Source: Verrucomicrobiales bacterium (lineage in GTDB: Bacteria > Verrucomicrobiota > Verrucomicrobiia > Limisphaerales > CAIMTB01). Taken from it: 64,000 bases of DNA. The translations under genes were made by a program, and so were the position numbers. The notes below the pieces were generated by a model that had not been told where the DNA came from, ran no database searches, and worked only from the letters and a program-made list of their open reading frames with translations. The stretch is from the NCBI GenBank assembly GCA_016795425.1, contig JAEUHG010000005.1, forward strand, positions 29,083-93,082, given 5' to 3'. This document shows, one piece after another, positions 20,490 to 30,486 of the stretch (the first letter of the stretch is position 1; each line of letters opens with the position of its first letter).

Positions 20490-21581
20490 ATGGCCGATCC
20501 CCGACTTTCCGGATCCCCGCCCCGGCCCGCCGGCATTCGAGGCACTTCGCTGAATCCGGCGGGGCGATTCGAGGTGTTGAATGTCGAGCCCGATCCGGAC
20601 GGGGATCTGGACCCGGCGGAGCAAACTGCGCAACGCACGCAGTTTCTCAGGGACGCCTCGGTGGGCGTGATCAGCCGGAACAACAGCCCCGATATCCCGT
20701 TCCGGGTCAGCCTGAATCCATATCGGGGTTGCGAACATGGATGTGCCTATTGTTACGCCCGTCCCACCCACGAGTATCTGGGTTACTCGGCAGGATTGGA
20801 TTTTGAGTCGCGCATTATGGTCAAGGAACGGGCAGCGGAGTTGTTGAGAGATGAATTGTCGGCGCCCGATTGGGAACCGCAATGGCTCGCGTTGTCGGGA
20901 GTCACCGACCCGTATCAGCCGGTGGAGCGGAAGCTGGGAATCACGCGCCGATGCCTCGAGGTGCTGGCTGAGTTGCGTCATCCGGTCGGCATCGTGACGA
21001 AGAACGCCACCGTGACGCGGGATATTGATTTGTTGGGGGAACTGGCAAGGCACCGGGCGGTGCATGTGTCCATCTCGCTCACCACCCTGGACCCGGCCTT
21101 GCGACGCATCATGGAGCCCCGCACCTCGCCACCGGCCGCCCGACTTGCGGCGATCGGGAAGTTGGCCGCCGCGGGGATTCCGACCGGAGTGCTGACAGCG
21201 CCGGTGATCCCGGGAATCAATGATCATGAGCTGCCCCAGCTCCTGAAGGCCGCGCGCGAGGCTGGGGCGAGCTACGCCTCCTATACCCTTTTGCGGCTGC
21301 CCCTTGGAGTGAAGGAGATCTTTGTCGATTGGCTGGTGCGGAATTTTCCGGATCGCAAGGACAAGGTGATCCATCAACTGGAAGCCATGCGCGGGGGAAA
21401 CCTCAACGATCCGAGATTCGGCACCCGTTTCAGGGGTGAAGGTGGCGCCGCGCAGCGCGTGTCGGATCTCTTCCGAACGGTGCGTCGCCGATTGGGATTG
21501 GCCGAAAGCGGTCCGGAGTTGGCGGTGGACGCCTTTCGGCGACCGGGCGGAACGCAGATGCGACTCTTCCCGGAGGCGTGA
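20490..21581 (+). CDS. PA0069-family radical SAM protein
   Basis: SLNPYRGCEHGCAYCYARPTHEYLG, TDPYQPVE. Confidence 0.92.
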   Translation: MADPRLSGSPPRPAGIRGTSLNPAGRFEVLNVEPDPDGDLDPAEQTAQRTQFLRDASVGVISRNNSPDIPFRVSLNPYRGCEHGCAYCYARPTHEYLGYSAGLDFESRIMVKERAAELLRDELSAPDWEPQWLALSGVTDPYQPVERKLGITRRCLEVLAELRHPVGIVTKNATVTRDIDLLGELARHRAVHVSISLTTLDPALRRIMEPRTSPPAARLAAIGKLAAAGIPTGVLTAPVIPGINDHELPQLLKAAREAGASYASYTLLRLPLGVKEIFVDWLVRNFPDRKDKVIHQLEAMRGGNLNDPRFGTRFRGEGGAAQRVSDLFRTVRRRLGLAESGPELAVDAFRRPGGTQMRLFPEA

Positions 21582-21589
21582 CCGCGCGC

Positions 21590-22318
21590 TTAGTCGTGCG
21601 GCTTCACGTCCATGTCGCTGGTGTAATAAAGGATTCGGCCGCAGTTGGGGCACTGGGTGATTTCGCGTGCGGCCTGGGCATTGATGACATCCTGTCGGGC
21701 GAGGCGCATGTGGCAACCGCCGCAGACGCCGCGTTCCACGCCGACCACCACCTTGTCGCCCTTGCTCTTGAGAATCCGATCGTAGCGAGTCAGGAGGGAC
21801 GGATCCACGCCTCCGGCGAAGGTCGTGCGATCATTCTCGGCATCGCCCAGTTGTTTGCGGAGGCGGGCTTCAGTTTCGTCACACTGCCGGATCTGCTGAT
21901 CGGAGTCCGCCTTGGCGACACGCAGGGCTTCGGTGGCGGCAGCGACCCGTTTCTCAGCGGTCTCGATCTGTTCCATGATCGCGATCTGCTGGTCGTCGAG
22001 GTCGCGAATGGCGTTCCGGCACGTTTGGATCTCGTGGGAAAGAGCCTTGTACTCCTCGTTCTTTCGAGTTTGCCACTGCTGGGCGGTGTACTTCTCGATC
22101 TGCGCCTTTTTGGACTCAACCTCGAGTTCGAGCCGTTTGCGCTCACTTTCGAGCCGATGAGCCTGTTGGCGGGCGGCTTCGAATTCCTGTTCTGCGCCGG
22201 AGCGCCGGGTCTGGACGAGACGCCGCTGGGGTTCAATGTTGGCGACCTCGGCGCGCAAGCGGATGAGACGTCGGTCGCGATCCTGGAGGATGAGGAGCTT
22301 CTCTATGGCTTCGAGCAT
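21590..22318 (-). CDS. C4-type zinc-ribbon coiled-coil protein (CdsZ/HP0958-like)
   Basis: LLILQDRD, long coiled coil, CGGCHM...CPNCGRILY. Confidence 0.92.
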   Translation of the reverse strand: MLEAIEKLLILQDRDRRLIRLRAEVANIEPQRRLVQTRRSGAEQEFEAARQQAHRLESERKRLELEVESKKAQIEKYTAQQWQTRKNEEYKALSHEIQTCRNAIRDLDDQQIAIMEQIETAEKRVAAATEALRVAKADSDQQIRQCDETEARLRKQLGDAENDRTTFAGGVDPSLLTRYDRILKSKGDKVVVGVERGVCGGCHMRLARQDVINAQAAREITQCPNCGRILYYTSDMDVKPHD

Positions 22319-22435
22319 GGCAGCTGGGACGGGCGGGCCACGCTATCGGCCGATGCGGAGCCAAGTCAATCGTGCGGGTTTGCGGGACGCAACGTCGGCG
22401 GTGGGCTTTGCCATGGGAAGGAGGCGGTGCTAAAC

Positions 22436-23947
22436 ATGGCCATGCCGTTCACGGCCCGCACTTCCTGGCTGCCAGTCCTGCTGCTCCTCACCGCATGGTC
22501 TTCGAGTTTCCGGTCGCTGGCCGCGGCCGACGACGATGTGGATATCGCTCGCCGCCTGAGCAACGCGTTCGCGCGCGTGGCCGAGACGGTTTCCCCCGCC
22601 GTCGTCGTGGTCAAGGTCTGGCCAAAGGAGTCGGCCTCGACTTTCGATCATGGTGGCCTGTTTCGGTTCTTGCCGGAAGACACCCGCCGCGAGTTGGAGG
22701 AGCGCCTGGAGCGCGATTCGAGGGAGCGGCGGGGAGAGCCCGACCCGGAGCAGGGGTCCGGTGTCATCATCCGGGAAGACGGGTACGTGCTGACCAACGG
22801 ACATGTGGTGGAGAATGCCGATCGCATCGAGGTCCGCCTCAAGGACGGTCGCCGGTTCCCCGCCGAGGTCTCAGGTATCGACAAGAGTTCCGACCTGGCG
22901 GTGATCAAGCTCAAGGCGTCGGGCCTGCCGGCGGCGCGCCTGGGCGATTCAGGGAAGGTCCGCGTCGGTGAATTTGCCATCGCCATCGGGGCGCCCTTCG
23001 ACCTCGAGTATAGCGTCACGTTTGGTCATGTGAGCGGTAAAGGCCGCCGGGTGATGCTCGATGTGGTGATGATGGACCAGGATTTCATTCAAACGGATGC
23101 GAGCATCAACCCCGGGAACAGCGGCGGACCCCTGGTGAACATCGAGGGCGAGGTCATTGGCATCAACACCATGATCAAGGGGCTGAACACCGGCATTGGC
23201 TTCGCTGTTCCAATCAACCTGGCGAAGGAGGTCTCCGGGCACCTGATCCAATCGGGCCGGTTCACCCGCGCCTGGCTTGGCGTCAGCATCGAGTCTGTCG
23301 GAGAACGGCCGGAGGCCGCACCCAGCGGGTTGCCGGTCAAGGAAGGGGTGGTGGTGCGGGAGATTGTCCGCGATGGACCGAGTTGGGGCTCGGAACTCGA
23401 GACCCAAGACGTGATCGTTGCCATCGACGGGGAGCCCGTTCGTGACGTGGGCGAACTGAAGCGCCAGGTCAGCCGCAAGACCGTGGGCAAGCCCATCCAG
23501 GTCGAAGTTTATCGGGGAGGAAAGAAGCATTCCTTGACGCTGACCCCAGGCGAGCTGCCGACCGATGTCATGGCCTCGCTTCGGCCTCGCCGTGGCATGC
23601 CCGCGATCCCGCGAGAGGATGTCCCCGAACCGGAAGCGGTGCCGGAATTGGAACCTTCGGATCGTTTGGGAGTGAAGGTGAAGGAATTGGATGCCGCCAA
23701 CGCTGCCAGGGTGGGATTGGACGCTGGCGAAGGGGTCCTGGTGATCGCGGTCGCGGATGACAGCCCGGCGTCGGCCCGTCGGATCGAGCCAGGCGACGTG
23801 ATCACCAAGATCAATCAGCGGGTCATTCGAAAGCCCAAGGATATTGAACAGGCCTTGAAAGGCGCGGATTTGGCCAAAGGAGTGCGCGTCACCATCGTTG
23901 GGGAGGGGGGCCGCCGATTCGAGGTGCTGCGGGCCCGCGGGGAGTGA
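22436..23947 (+). CDS. HtrA/DegP-family periplasmic serine protease with two PDZ domains
   Basis: Signal peptide; GSGVII, LTNGHVV, SDLAVIK, QTDASINPGNSGGPL, two PDZ domains. Start set at ATG 22436 within ORF 21578..23947. Confidence 0.95.
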   Translation: MAMPFTARTSWLPVLLLLTAWSSSFRSLAAADDDVDIARRLSNAFARVAETVSPAVVVVKVWPKESASTFDHGGLFRFLPEDTRRELEERLERDSRERRGEPDPEQGSGVIIREDGYVLTNGHVVENADRIEVRLKDGRRFPAEVSGIDKSSDLAVIKLKASGLPAARLGDSGKVRVGEFAIAIGAPFDLEYSVTFGHVSGKGRRVMLDVVMMDQDFIQTDASINPGNSGGPLVNIEGEVIGINTMIKGLNTGIGFAVPINLAKEVSGHLIQSGRFTRAWLGVSIESVGERPEAAPSGLPVKEGVVVREIVRDGPSWGSELETQDVIVAIDGEPVRDVGELKRQVSRKTVGKPIQVEVYRGGKKHSLTLTPGELPTDVMASLRPRRGMPAIPREDVPEPEAVPELEPSDRLGVKVKELDAANAARVGLDAGEGVLVIAVADDSPASARRIEPGDVITKINQRVIRKPKDIEQALKGADLAKGVRVTIVGEGGRRFEVLRARGE

Positions 23948-23982
23948 CGATCGATGGGACGGCTCGCGACGCCGGAAACGTT

Positions 23983-24105
23983 GGGGTGGGCTCCTGAACT
24001 CCCCTTGGCTGGCGGCAGCGGAAGTCATTCGCCCGAGTTCGTCACGAGGCGGCATGAACCTCGGTAGCGAGCTATCCAGGTTCCGTCGGGCACAGCCGCA
24101 GGACC
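23983..24105. ncRNA. Candidate structured RNA (family unknown)
   Basis: Nested complementary segments TCCTG/CAGGA, GGCTG/CAGCC, GCCCGA/TCGGGC, GAACCT/AGGTTC, TAG/CTA in a 236 bp intergenic gap. Confidence 0.35.
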
Positions 24106-24183
24106 GCGCACCGGCGACCGTTCGGCCAGCCGGCGGGTTTGTCGATTGCTGTTGAGAGGCGGGTACGCTAGACAGCCCCGGCC

Positions 24184-25236
24184 ATGCGGTTCATCGCGAG
24201 CGTCATCGACAAGCTTCAGCGGCATCCGAAACGGATTGTCTTTCCGGAGGGCACCGAGCCCCGAGTGTTGCTGGCAGCACGACAGTTCCATTCCCTGCGG
24301 CTGGGTGTGCCCATTCTGCTGGGGGACCGCGGACGGGTGAAGGCGTTGGCGGAAAGCCTGAATGTCTCAACCGAAGGCATCCGCATCATTGACCCGGAAC
24401 GCAGCGACGATCTGCCGGCGTATATCGCCCGTTACGAACGATTGCGCCGCTTGAAGGGCGTCGACGAAAGCGAGGCGCGTGAAGTCATTCTCAAGCCCAA
24501 CTTCTTCGGCGCGATGATGGTGGCGATGCATGGGGCCGATGGGTTTGTTTCCGGTACTAACGAGATTTCCGGCAGCGTCTTGAGGCCGTTGTTCCAGATC
24601 ATCAAGGTCGCCCCGGCAGCGACGACCGCCTCGAGTTGCATGATCATCGAGGTGCCAGACTCCCGGTTTGGCGAAGGTGGCGTCATGTTCCTGGCCGACT
24701 GCGGCGTCATTCCCGAACCCAATGTCGAACAGTTGGCCGAGATCGCGATTTCGACCGCCAAGCTCGCCCGCCAATTGCTCGGCACTCGTCCTCGGGTGGC
24801 GATGCTGTCGTTCTCCACCAAGGGCAGTTCCCGTCACCCAGTCGCGGGCAAGGTGGCGGCAGCGACCGCCCTGGCGCAGCAGCGGGCGCGCGAGGAACGC
24901 TTGGAGGTCGATCTCGACGGTGAACTGCAGGTGGACGCCGCGCTCATCCCGGAGATCGCGGCCCGCAAGTTGCCGGAAAGCCGGGTTGCCGGGCGAGCCA
25001 ATGTGCTGATCTTTCCCGACCTCAGTTCCGGCAATATTGCGAGCAAGATGGTTCAGCATATTGCCCGTGGCAACGCCTACGGACAGATCCTGCTCGGCCT
25101 GGATCGACCGGCGGCGGACGTTTCCCGTGGATCCAACGCGCACGACATCCTCGGTGTGGCGGCGGTCGTGGGTCTGCAATCGATCGAGTACTCCAACCTT
25201 TACCCGGACGCGGGCAAGACGCTCCCGGGCGACTAG
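24184..25236 (+). CDS. pta: Phosphate acetyltransferase (catalytic domain only)
   Basis: RIVFPEGTEPRV, FLADCGVIPEP, VAMLSFSTKGS, DGELQVDAAL, FPDLSSGNI, DVSRG. Confidence 0.88.
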   Translation: MRFIASVIDKLQRHPKRIVFPEGTEPRVLLAARQFHSLRLGVPILLGDRGRVKALAESLNVSTEGIRIIDPERSDDLPAYIARYERLRRLKGVDESEAREVILKPNFFGAMMVAMHGADGFVSGTNEISGSVLRPLFQIIKVAPAATTASSCMIIEVPDSRFGEGGVMFLADCGVIPEPNVEQLAEIAISTAKLARQLLGTRPRVAMLSFSTKGSSRHPVAGKVAAATALAQQRAREERLEVDLDGELQVDAALIPEIAARKLPESRVAGRANVLIFPDLSSGNIASKMVQHIARGNAYGQILLGLDRPAADVSRGSNAHDILGVAAVVGLQSIEYSNLYPDAGKTLPGD

Positions 25237-25250
25237 TGGTTTTGATTCCC

Positions 25251-26360
25251 ATGCCTCGCAACAGCACCACCCCCAGGGTGTTCGTCGCCGCGACGCGAAT
25301 GAACGATGGGAAGACGACGACCGCGCTGGGCTTGGTTTCGGCGCTTCGCCAGCACCATCCGCGCATCGGCTACATCAAACCCGTCGGCCAGCGCTTCGTG
25401 GAGATCGAAGAACAGAAGATCGACGAGGACTCGGTCCTGATGCAGCGCGTGTACCAGATCGAGGCACCGCTGGTGGACATGAGTCCCATCGCGGTCGAAC
25501 CGGATTTTACGCGCCGCTATCTCGAAAGCTCGAACATCGACACCCTGGTTCGCCGCATTGAAAAGGCCTTTGATAGGGTGGCATGGGAAAAGGACTTCGT
25601 GGTTTGCGAAGGCACCGGGCATGCCGGCGTCGGTTCGGTGTTTGACTTGTCGAATGCCACCGTGGCCCGTCTCCTGGGAGCCAAGGTGATCATTGTCACC
25701 CAAGGCGGCATTGGACGCCCCATCGACGAGGTGGCGTTGAACCAGGCGCTGTTCGAGAAGGAAGGCGTGCAGATCATCGGTGTCATCCTCAACAAGGTGC
25801 TGCCCGACAAGATCGAGAGCATCGCCAAGTTTGTCCGCAAGGGGCTCAAGCGCCGCGGTCTCGATCTCCTGGGAACCATTCCGCATCAACCGCTGCTCTC
25901 GAGTCCGACGGTGGCCGCCATCCGTGAAGAGTTGGAGGCCGACTTGTTGAATTCCAACATTGGGTTGAATTGCATCGTCGATCGCGTGGTGGTGGGGGCG
26001 ATGAGTGTGCATCACGCCATGCACCATTTCACCCCGGGTGCCCTGGTGATCGCCCCGGGGGATCGCGAGGACATTCTGCTGGCGGCCGGGGCCGCCCTGA
26101 ATCGGTCGGATTCCTCGAAGACGCTGGCGGGCATCATTCTTACCGACAATATCCGTCCCTCGGCGCCGGTGATGCGGGTGGTGAGGGATATGCCGTTTCC
26201 AGTGCTGCTGGCGGAAGGCGACAGTTACCAGGTGGCCGCAAAGGTCCATGATTTGACGATCAAGACCAGGCCGGCCGATACCGAGAAGATTCAGATGATT
26301 CGCGACATGGTCAGCCAGCACGTCGACGTGCCGGCGATTCTCGACCATCTCAAGTCCTAA
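25251..26360 (+). CDS. Pta N-terminal-like protein (BioD-like P-loop + DRTGG domain)
   Basis: ATRMNDGKTT, IGYIKPVGQ, VCEGTGH, VILNKV, VVGAM...PGDREDILL. Confidence 0.88.
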   Translation: MPRNSTTPRVFVAATRMNDGKTTTALGLVSALRQHHPRIGYIKPVGQRFVEIEEQKIDEDSVLMQRVYQIEAPLVDMSPIAVEPDFTRRYLESSNIDTLVRRIEKAFDRVAWEKDFVVCEGTGHAGVGSVFDLSNATVARLLGAKVIIVTQGGIGRPIDEVALNQALFEKEGVQIIGVILNKVLPDKIESIAKFVRKGLKRRGLDLLGTIPHQPLLSSPTVAAIREELEADLLNSNIGLNCIVDRVVVGAMSVHHAMHHFTPGALVIAPGDREDILLAAGAALNRSDSSKTLAGIILTDNIRPSAPVMRVVRDMPFPVLLAEGDSYQVAAKVHDLTIKTRPADTEKIQMIRDMVSQHVDVPAILDHLKS

Positions 26361-26421
26361 GCGCCCGTTGCGGCAGCGTGTCCGAGGTTCCCGCATTTGA
26401 CCCGACGTTTTCTTCCGACGC

Positions 26422-27525
26422 ATGAGCTCTCTCGCACTCAATCCATCCTTATCCCAACTTCCGGTCTACCAGCCCGGTCGGCCCATCGAAGAAGTCGCGC
26501 GCGAATTGGGCCTGCCCGCCGCGGACATCATCAAAGTGGCGTCGAATGAGAATCCACTTGGCCCGTCGCCGCGGGCGATTGCGGCGATGCAGCGGATCCT
26601 TCCGCACCTGCACCTGTATCCGGACGGAAATGCCTTCTATCTCAAGCAACGGCTGGCGGAGCGATTGGGGTTGAGGCCGGGGCATTTGATCCTGGGCAAC
26701 GGTTCGAACGAAATCATCGAGTTCGTCGGCCACGCATTGATGCGACCCGGCGCGGACGTGGTGGTGTCGCAATACTGCTTCGCGATCTATCCCATCATCG
26801 CAGCGATGATGGGGGCGCGGGTGATCACCGTTCCAGCGAAGGCTTACGGTCACGACCTGGCCGCCATGCGTCAGGCCATCACACCCTCGACCTCCGTGGT
26901 ATTCGTGGCGAATCCCAATAATCCAACCGGTACGTTGGCGTCCCCCGAGTCGGTTTTGGAGTTGGTGGAGTCGGTGCCGGCGAACGTGCTCCTGGTCATG
27001 GACGAAGCCTACTTCGAATTCCTCGACGAGCCGTTGGATCTGATCCCGATGATTCGCGAGGGCAAGAGGCCGAACCTTCTGTTGATGCGGACTTTTTCGA
27101 AGATCTACGGCCTGGCTGGTCTTCGCCTCGGTTACGGCATTGGCATGCCCGAATTGGTGTCGTCGCTGGAGAAGGTGCGGCAGCCCTTCAACATCAACTC
27201 CCTGGCACAGGCGGCTGCCCTGGCGGCATTGGACGATAGCGATCACATGTGGAAGACGCGGGAGAACAACCGCGAGGGCCGAGCACTCCTGACGAAGGAA
27301 CTCTCCGCCCTGGGATTGGAGGTTGTTCCGTCTGCAGCAAACTTTGTCCTGGTCAAAGTGGGCGACGGACAGCGGGTCTTCACGGAATTGCAGCGACGCG
27401 GTGTGATCGCGCGGCCGATGGGGGGGTATCAACTGCCTGAATTCATCCGCATCTCCATTGGGACTGCCGCCGAGAACGCCCGTTGCCTCGCTGGGCTCAG
27501 CGAGATTCTGAAAAAGGACAGTTAG
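26422..27525 (+). CDS. hisC: Histidinol-phosphate aminotransferase
   Basis: YQPGRPIEE, KVASNENPLG, GNGSNEII, NPNNPTG, DEAY, RTFSKIYGLAGLRLG. Confidence 0.95.
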   Translation: MSSLALNPSLSQLPVYQPGRPIEEVARELGLPAADIIKVASNENPLGPSPRAIAAMQRILPHLHLYPDGNAFYLKQRLAERLGLRPGHLILGNGSNEIIEFVGHALMRPGADVVVSQYCFAIYPIIAAMMGARVITVPAKAYGHDLAAMRQAITPSTSVVFVANPNNPTGTLASPESVLELVESVPANVLLVMDEAYFEFLDEPLDLIPMIREGKRPNLLLMRTFSKIYGLAGLRLGYGIGMPELVSSLEKVRQPFNINSLAQAAALAALDDSDHMWKTRENNREGRALLTKELSALGLEVVPSAANFVLVKVGDGQRVFTELQRRGVIARPMGGYQLPEFIRISIGTAAENARCLAGLSEILKKDS

Positions 27526-27782
27526 ACGGACGAGGGTGCGGTCCGGAGCCTGGTCTGGGGACGATGCCCGTGCCCGATTCCACGCGACGGGCACGCAGGA
27601 GACGCGTGGCGCGGTCTGAGGTCGGCGAGGGAACGATCGGGGATAGAACGCCGCGCGACGCGCTGAGAGTCAGATCTGGTTAGCCGAAGCGCTCTGGCGT
27701 GAGCGCGAGGGTCACGGGATTCTGGCGGGCCGGATACGTGGGGGAGGGACCCGAGAACCGGGAGGAAGACTTCGGATCGGTT

Positions 27783-28469
27783 TCAACGCCGCTCGTGATA
27801 CGACGCTTGCGAATACTTCTCGGCGACCAAGGACTCCGCGATGACGTCGGTCCCGAGGGCTTGGGATTCGATCCGGGCGCCCGAGAAATACAGCGCCGGC
27901 AAGACCTCCAACATCGCCGCTTGCCACAAACCTCGTCCTACTCCCGGCGGTGGCGGTTGCACCGAACCTTGGATCAGGAGTCCCGACTTGTTCCGGCGCT
28001 GCGCGGCCCCCGCGATCTTGCGTCCGTGCCACAGTACGTCGAATTGCTCGTAGCCCACAAAGCATTGTCCGGGGGCATCTTTGCGGCAGCACGGCGCCAG
28101 CTCGGTGGGAATGTCGAGCCGGGCGAAGGCGGCCACGATCCAGGCGTGCATCGCACGGTAACTTTCGACGGCGCGCAGATGGTACCAGGCGTGACCGGGA
28201 GGGATCACCAGGGAGTAGGTCCAATCAGCGAGGTGCGGGACGATGCCGCCACCCGTGGGTCGACGCAGGAGCGGGCGAACCCGCGTGAGCTGGGCAACCT
28301 CGGCGTAACGTTGGGAGTAGCCGAAAGTCACTGCGGGTTCCGACCATCCATAAAAGCGTAACACTGCGGTTCCACGGGAGGGAGCGTCCAGCAGCAGGGC
28401 CTCGTCGAACGCCATGTTCCAGACCGGCGGGCATAGGCCCGAATCCAAGGTGACCAGAGGCGAGAGCAT
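27783..28469 (-). CDS. Lipoate-protein ligase A / octanoyltransferase (LipM-like), catalytic domain only
   Basis: NMAFDEALL, LRFYGW, RRPTGGG, KIAGAAQRR, LIQGS. Confidence 0.88.
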   Translation of the reverse strand: MLSPLVTLDSGLCPPVWNMAFDEALLLDAPSRGTAVLRFYGWSEPAVTFGYSQRYAEVAQLTRVRPLLRRPTGGGIVPHLADWTYSLVIPPGHAWYHLRAVESYRAMHAWIVAAFARLDIPTELAPCCRKDAPGQCFVGYEQFDVLWHGRKIAGAAQRRNKSGLLIQGSVQPPPPGVGRGLWQAAMLEVLPALYFSGARIESQALGTDVIAESLVAEKYSQASYHERR

Positions 28470-28474
28470 GGCGG

Positions 28475-29131
28475 TCAGTGGACGTTTGCGTTCGAGGGAC
28501 AAAGTTGCGCCACTTCGCAGTGCCCGCAGTCGGGCTTCCTGGCGGAACACCTTCGCCGCCCGTGCCAGATCAGCCAATGACTGAACAGGGTCCATTCCTG
28601 CGACGGCACCAACTTCATGAGCGCCGACTCGATGTGAACCGGGTCCGTTTCGCGGGTGAAGCCCAGGCGTTGGGATAGTCGCGCCACGTGGGTGTCGACC
28701 ACGACCCCGACGGGGGTGTCGAAGGCGTTGCCGAGGACGACGTTGGCGGTCTTGCGCCCGACGCCATCCAGTGCGGTGAGTTCGTCCATGGTGGGCGGCA
28801 CCTGTCCGGCGTGGCGTTCGACGAGGGCTTGGCAGGCGGCGCGAATATTGCGCGCCTTGTTGCGGAACAAACCGATGCGGCGGATGTCGGCCTCAAGTTG
28901 GGCGGGGTCCGCGTTGGCAAAATCGGCGGCCGACTTGTACTTGGCGAAAAGCTCGGCGGTGACGAGGTTCACCTGCTTATCGGAGCACTGGGCGGAAAGA
29001 ATGGTCGCGATCAGCAGTTCCAGGGGATTGCGAAAGTTGAGTTCACAATGCGCGTCCGGGTAGGTGTCGCGCAGAATTTGACTGATCCTGCGCACGCGCT
29101 CGGCGCGGACGATGGCGGATTCGCGGGGCAT
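28475..29131 (-). CDS. nth: Endonuclease III
   Basis: LIATILSAQCSD, HhH GVGRKTANVV, VDTHV, Fe-S motif CSARKPDCGHCEVAQLC. Confidence 0.96.
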   Translation of the reverse strand: MPRESAIVRAERVRRISQILRDTYPDAHCELNFRNPLELLIATILSAQCSDKQVNLVTAELFAKYKSAADFANADPAQLEADIRRIGLFRNKARNIRAACQALVERHAGQVPPTMDELTALDGVGRKTANVVLGNAFDTPVGVVVDTHVARLSQRLGFTRETDPVHIESALMKLVPSQEWTLFSHWLIWHGRRRCSARKPDCGHCEVAQLCPSNANVH

Positions 29132-29223
29132 TCCTGGGACGGTCCGTCGGGAGGGCGCAGCGTTGAGACGCAAAGTCCACGTTTGCCGGGATGTCGGTCG
29201 TCGCGCCCGGACCTCGGCAAATG

Positions 29224-30477
29224 CTACAGTTCCTCGTGTCGGCCCGGGTCGGTGCCGGAAGATTCGCGGACGAGAATTCGTCCGTCTTCATCCTCGGGGT
29301 ATTCGAACACCTTGCCCTCGAAGTTGCGGATCACGACGCGCTCTCGGTTGTGGCTCAGGACGTATTCCGGGTTTATGGGAACCTTGCCGCCGCCGCCTGG
29401 GGCATCGATGACAAATTGAGGTACGGCATAGCCCGTCGTGTGTCCGCGCAGTTGCTGGATGATGTCGATGCCGCGGCGGACGCTAGCCCGCAGGTGGGCG
29501 GATCCGGCGATCAAATCGCACTGGTAGACATAGTAGGGCCGGACGCGGCACATGAGGAGCTTCTGTACATGCGCCTTCATGATTTCCGGGTTGTCATTGA
29601 CGTCCTTGAGCAGGACGGACTGGTTGCCCAGAGGAATGCCGGCATCGGCGAGTCGGCCGAGGGCATCCCGCACTTCCGCGGTGAGCTCGCGCGGGTGATT
29701 GGAGTGGATGCTGATGAACAGCGGATGGAACTGGCGCAGCATCGTGCACAGTTCAGGCGTGATTCGCTGCGGCAGGAAGACCGGGATCCGGGTGCCTATG
29801 CGCAGGAACTCGATGTGAGGGATCGCGCGCAGTCGACCCAGGAGGTATTCGAGTTTCTCGTCCGAGAAGAGCAGGGGATCGCCCCCGCTCAGCAGGACGT
29901 CGCGAATCTCGGAATGCCGCGCGATGTAGTCGATCTGGCGATCGAAGTCGGGATGAAAGTCGTAGCCGGTGGCGTTGCTGACCAGTCGGGACCGGGTGCA
30001 GTAGCGGCAGTAGGCCGCGCAACGGTCGGTGACCAGGAACAGCACGCGGTCGGGATACCGGTGGACAAGGCCGGGGACCGGTGAATGGGCATCCTCGCCG
30101 CAGGGATCCTCCATCTCCCACGGGGATCGGTTCGTTTCCTCAAGGCGTGGAACGACTTGCCGACGGATTGGGCAGTGTTCGTCGGTCGGATCGATCAGGT
30201 TGAAGAAGTAGGGCGTGATGGCCATGGCGAGCTTGGATTTCGCCAGGATGGCTCCGGCCCGTTCGGAGGCCGTAATTTCCGGCAGCAGTCGCTCGAGTTG
30301 TTCGAGCGTGGTGATGCGGTTCTTGAGCTGCCAGCGCCAGTCATTCCAGTCGGTATCCAAGACCTCCGACCAAGCGCCGCGTCCCGCCGAATGGAAGGCT
30401 TTCAATGCCGTATCGGTCTGCGGGGTGGGTGCCGAAGGAGGCTCCTCGCCTGTCGCCCGAAGCGAATCAGAAGACAT
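29224..30477 (-). CDS. kamA: Lysine 2,3-aminomutase (KamA-family radical SAM)
   Basis: WNDWRWQL, GLVHRYPDR, CAAYCRYCTR, SGGDP, NQSVLL, DAPGGGGK. Confidence 0.9.
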   Translation of the reverse strand: MSSDSLRATGEEPPSAPTPQTDTALKAFHSAGRGAWSEVLDTDWNDWRWQLKNRITTLEQLERLLPEITASERAGAILAKSKLAMAITPYFFNLIDPTDEHCPIRRQVVPRLEETNRSPWEMEDPCGEDAHSPVPGLVHRYPDRVLFLVTDRCAAYCRYCTRSRLVSNATGYDFHPDFDRQIDYIARHSEIRDVLLSGGDPLLFSDEKLEYLLGRLRAIPHIEFLRIGTRIPVFLPQRITPELCTMLRQFHPLFISIHSNHPRELTAEVRDALGRLADAGIPLGNQSVLLKDVNDNPEIMKAHVQKLLMCRVRPYYVYQCDLIAGSAHLRASVRRGIDIIQQLRGHTTGYAVPQFVIDAPGGGGKVPINPEYVLSHNRERVVIRNFEGKVFEYPEDEDGRILVRESSGTDPGRHEEL

Positions 30478-30486
30478 TTACGCGGC

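Noticed and set aside
21578-22435. N-terminal ~286 aa of the 789 aa ORF read as part of HtrA (likewise the 5' extensions of the selB and MFS ORFs)
   Set aside because: These extensions overlap real genes on the opposite strand or in another frame; the signal peptide or family motifs begin at the downstream starts used here.
23945-24070. Possible Sec readthrough of the htrA TGA into the downstream structure
   Set aside because: HtrA is complete at the TGA; the extension has no redox motif and no convincing SECIS at the expected distance.
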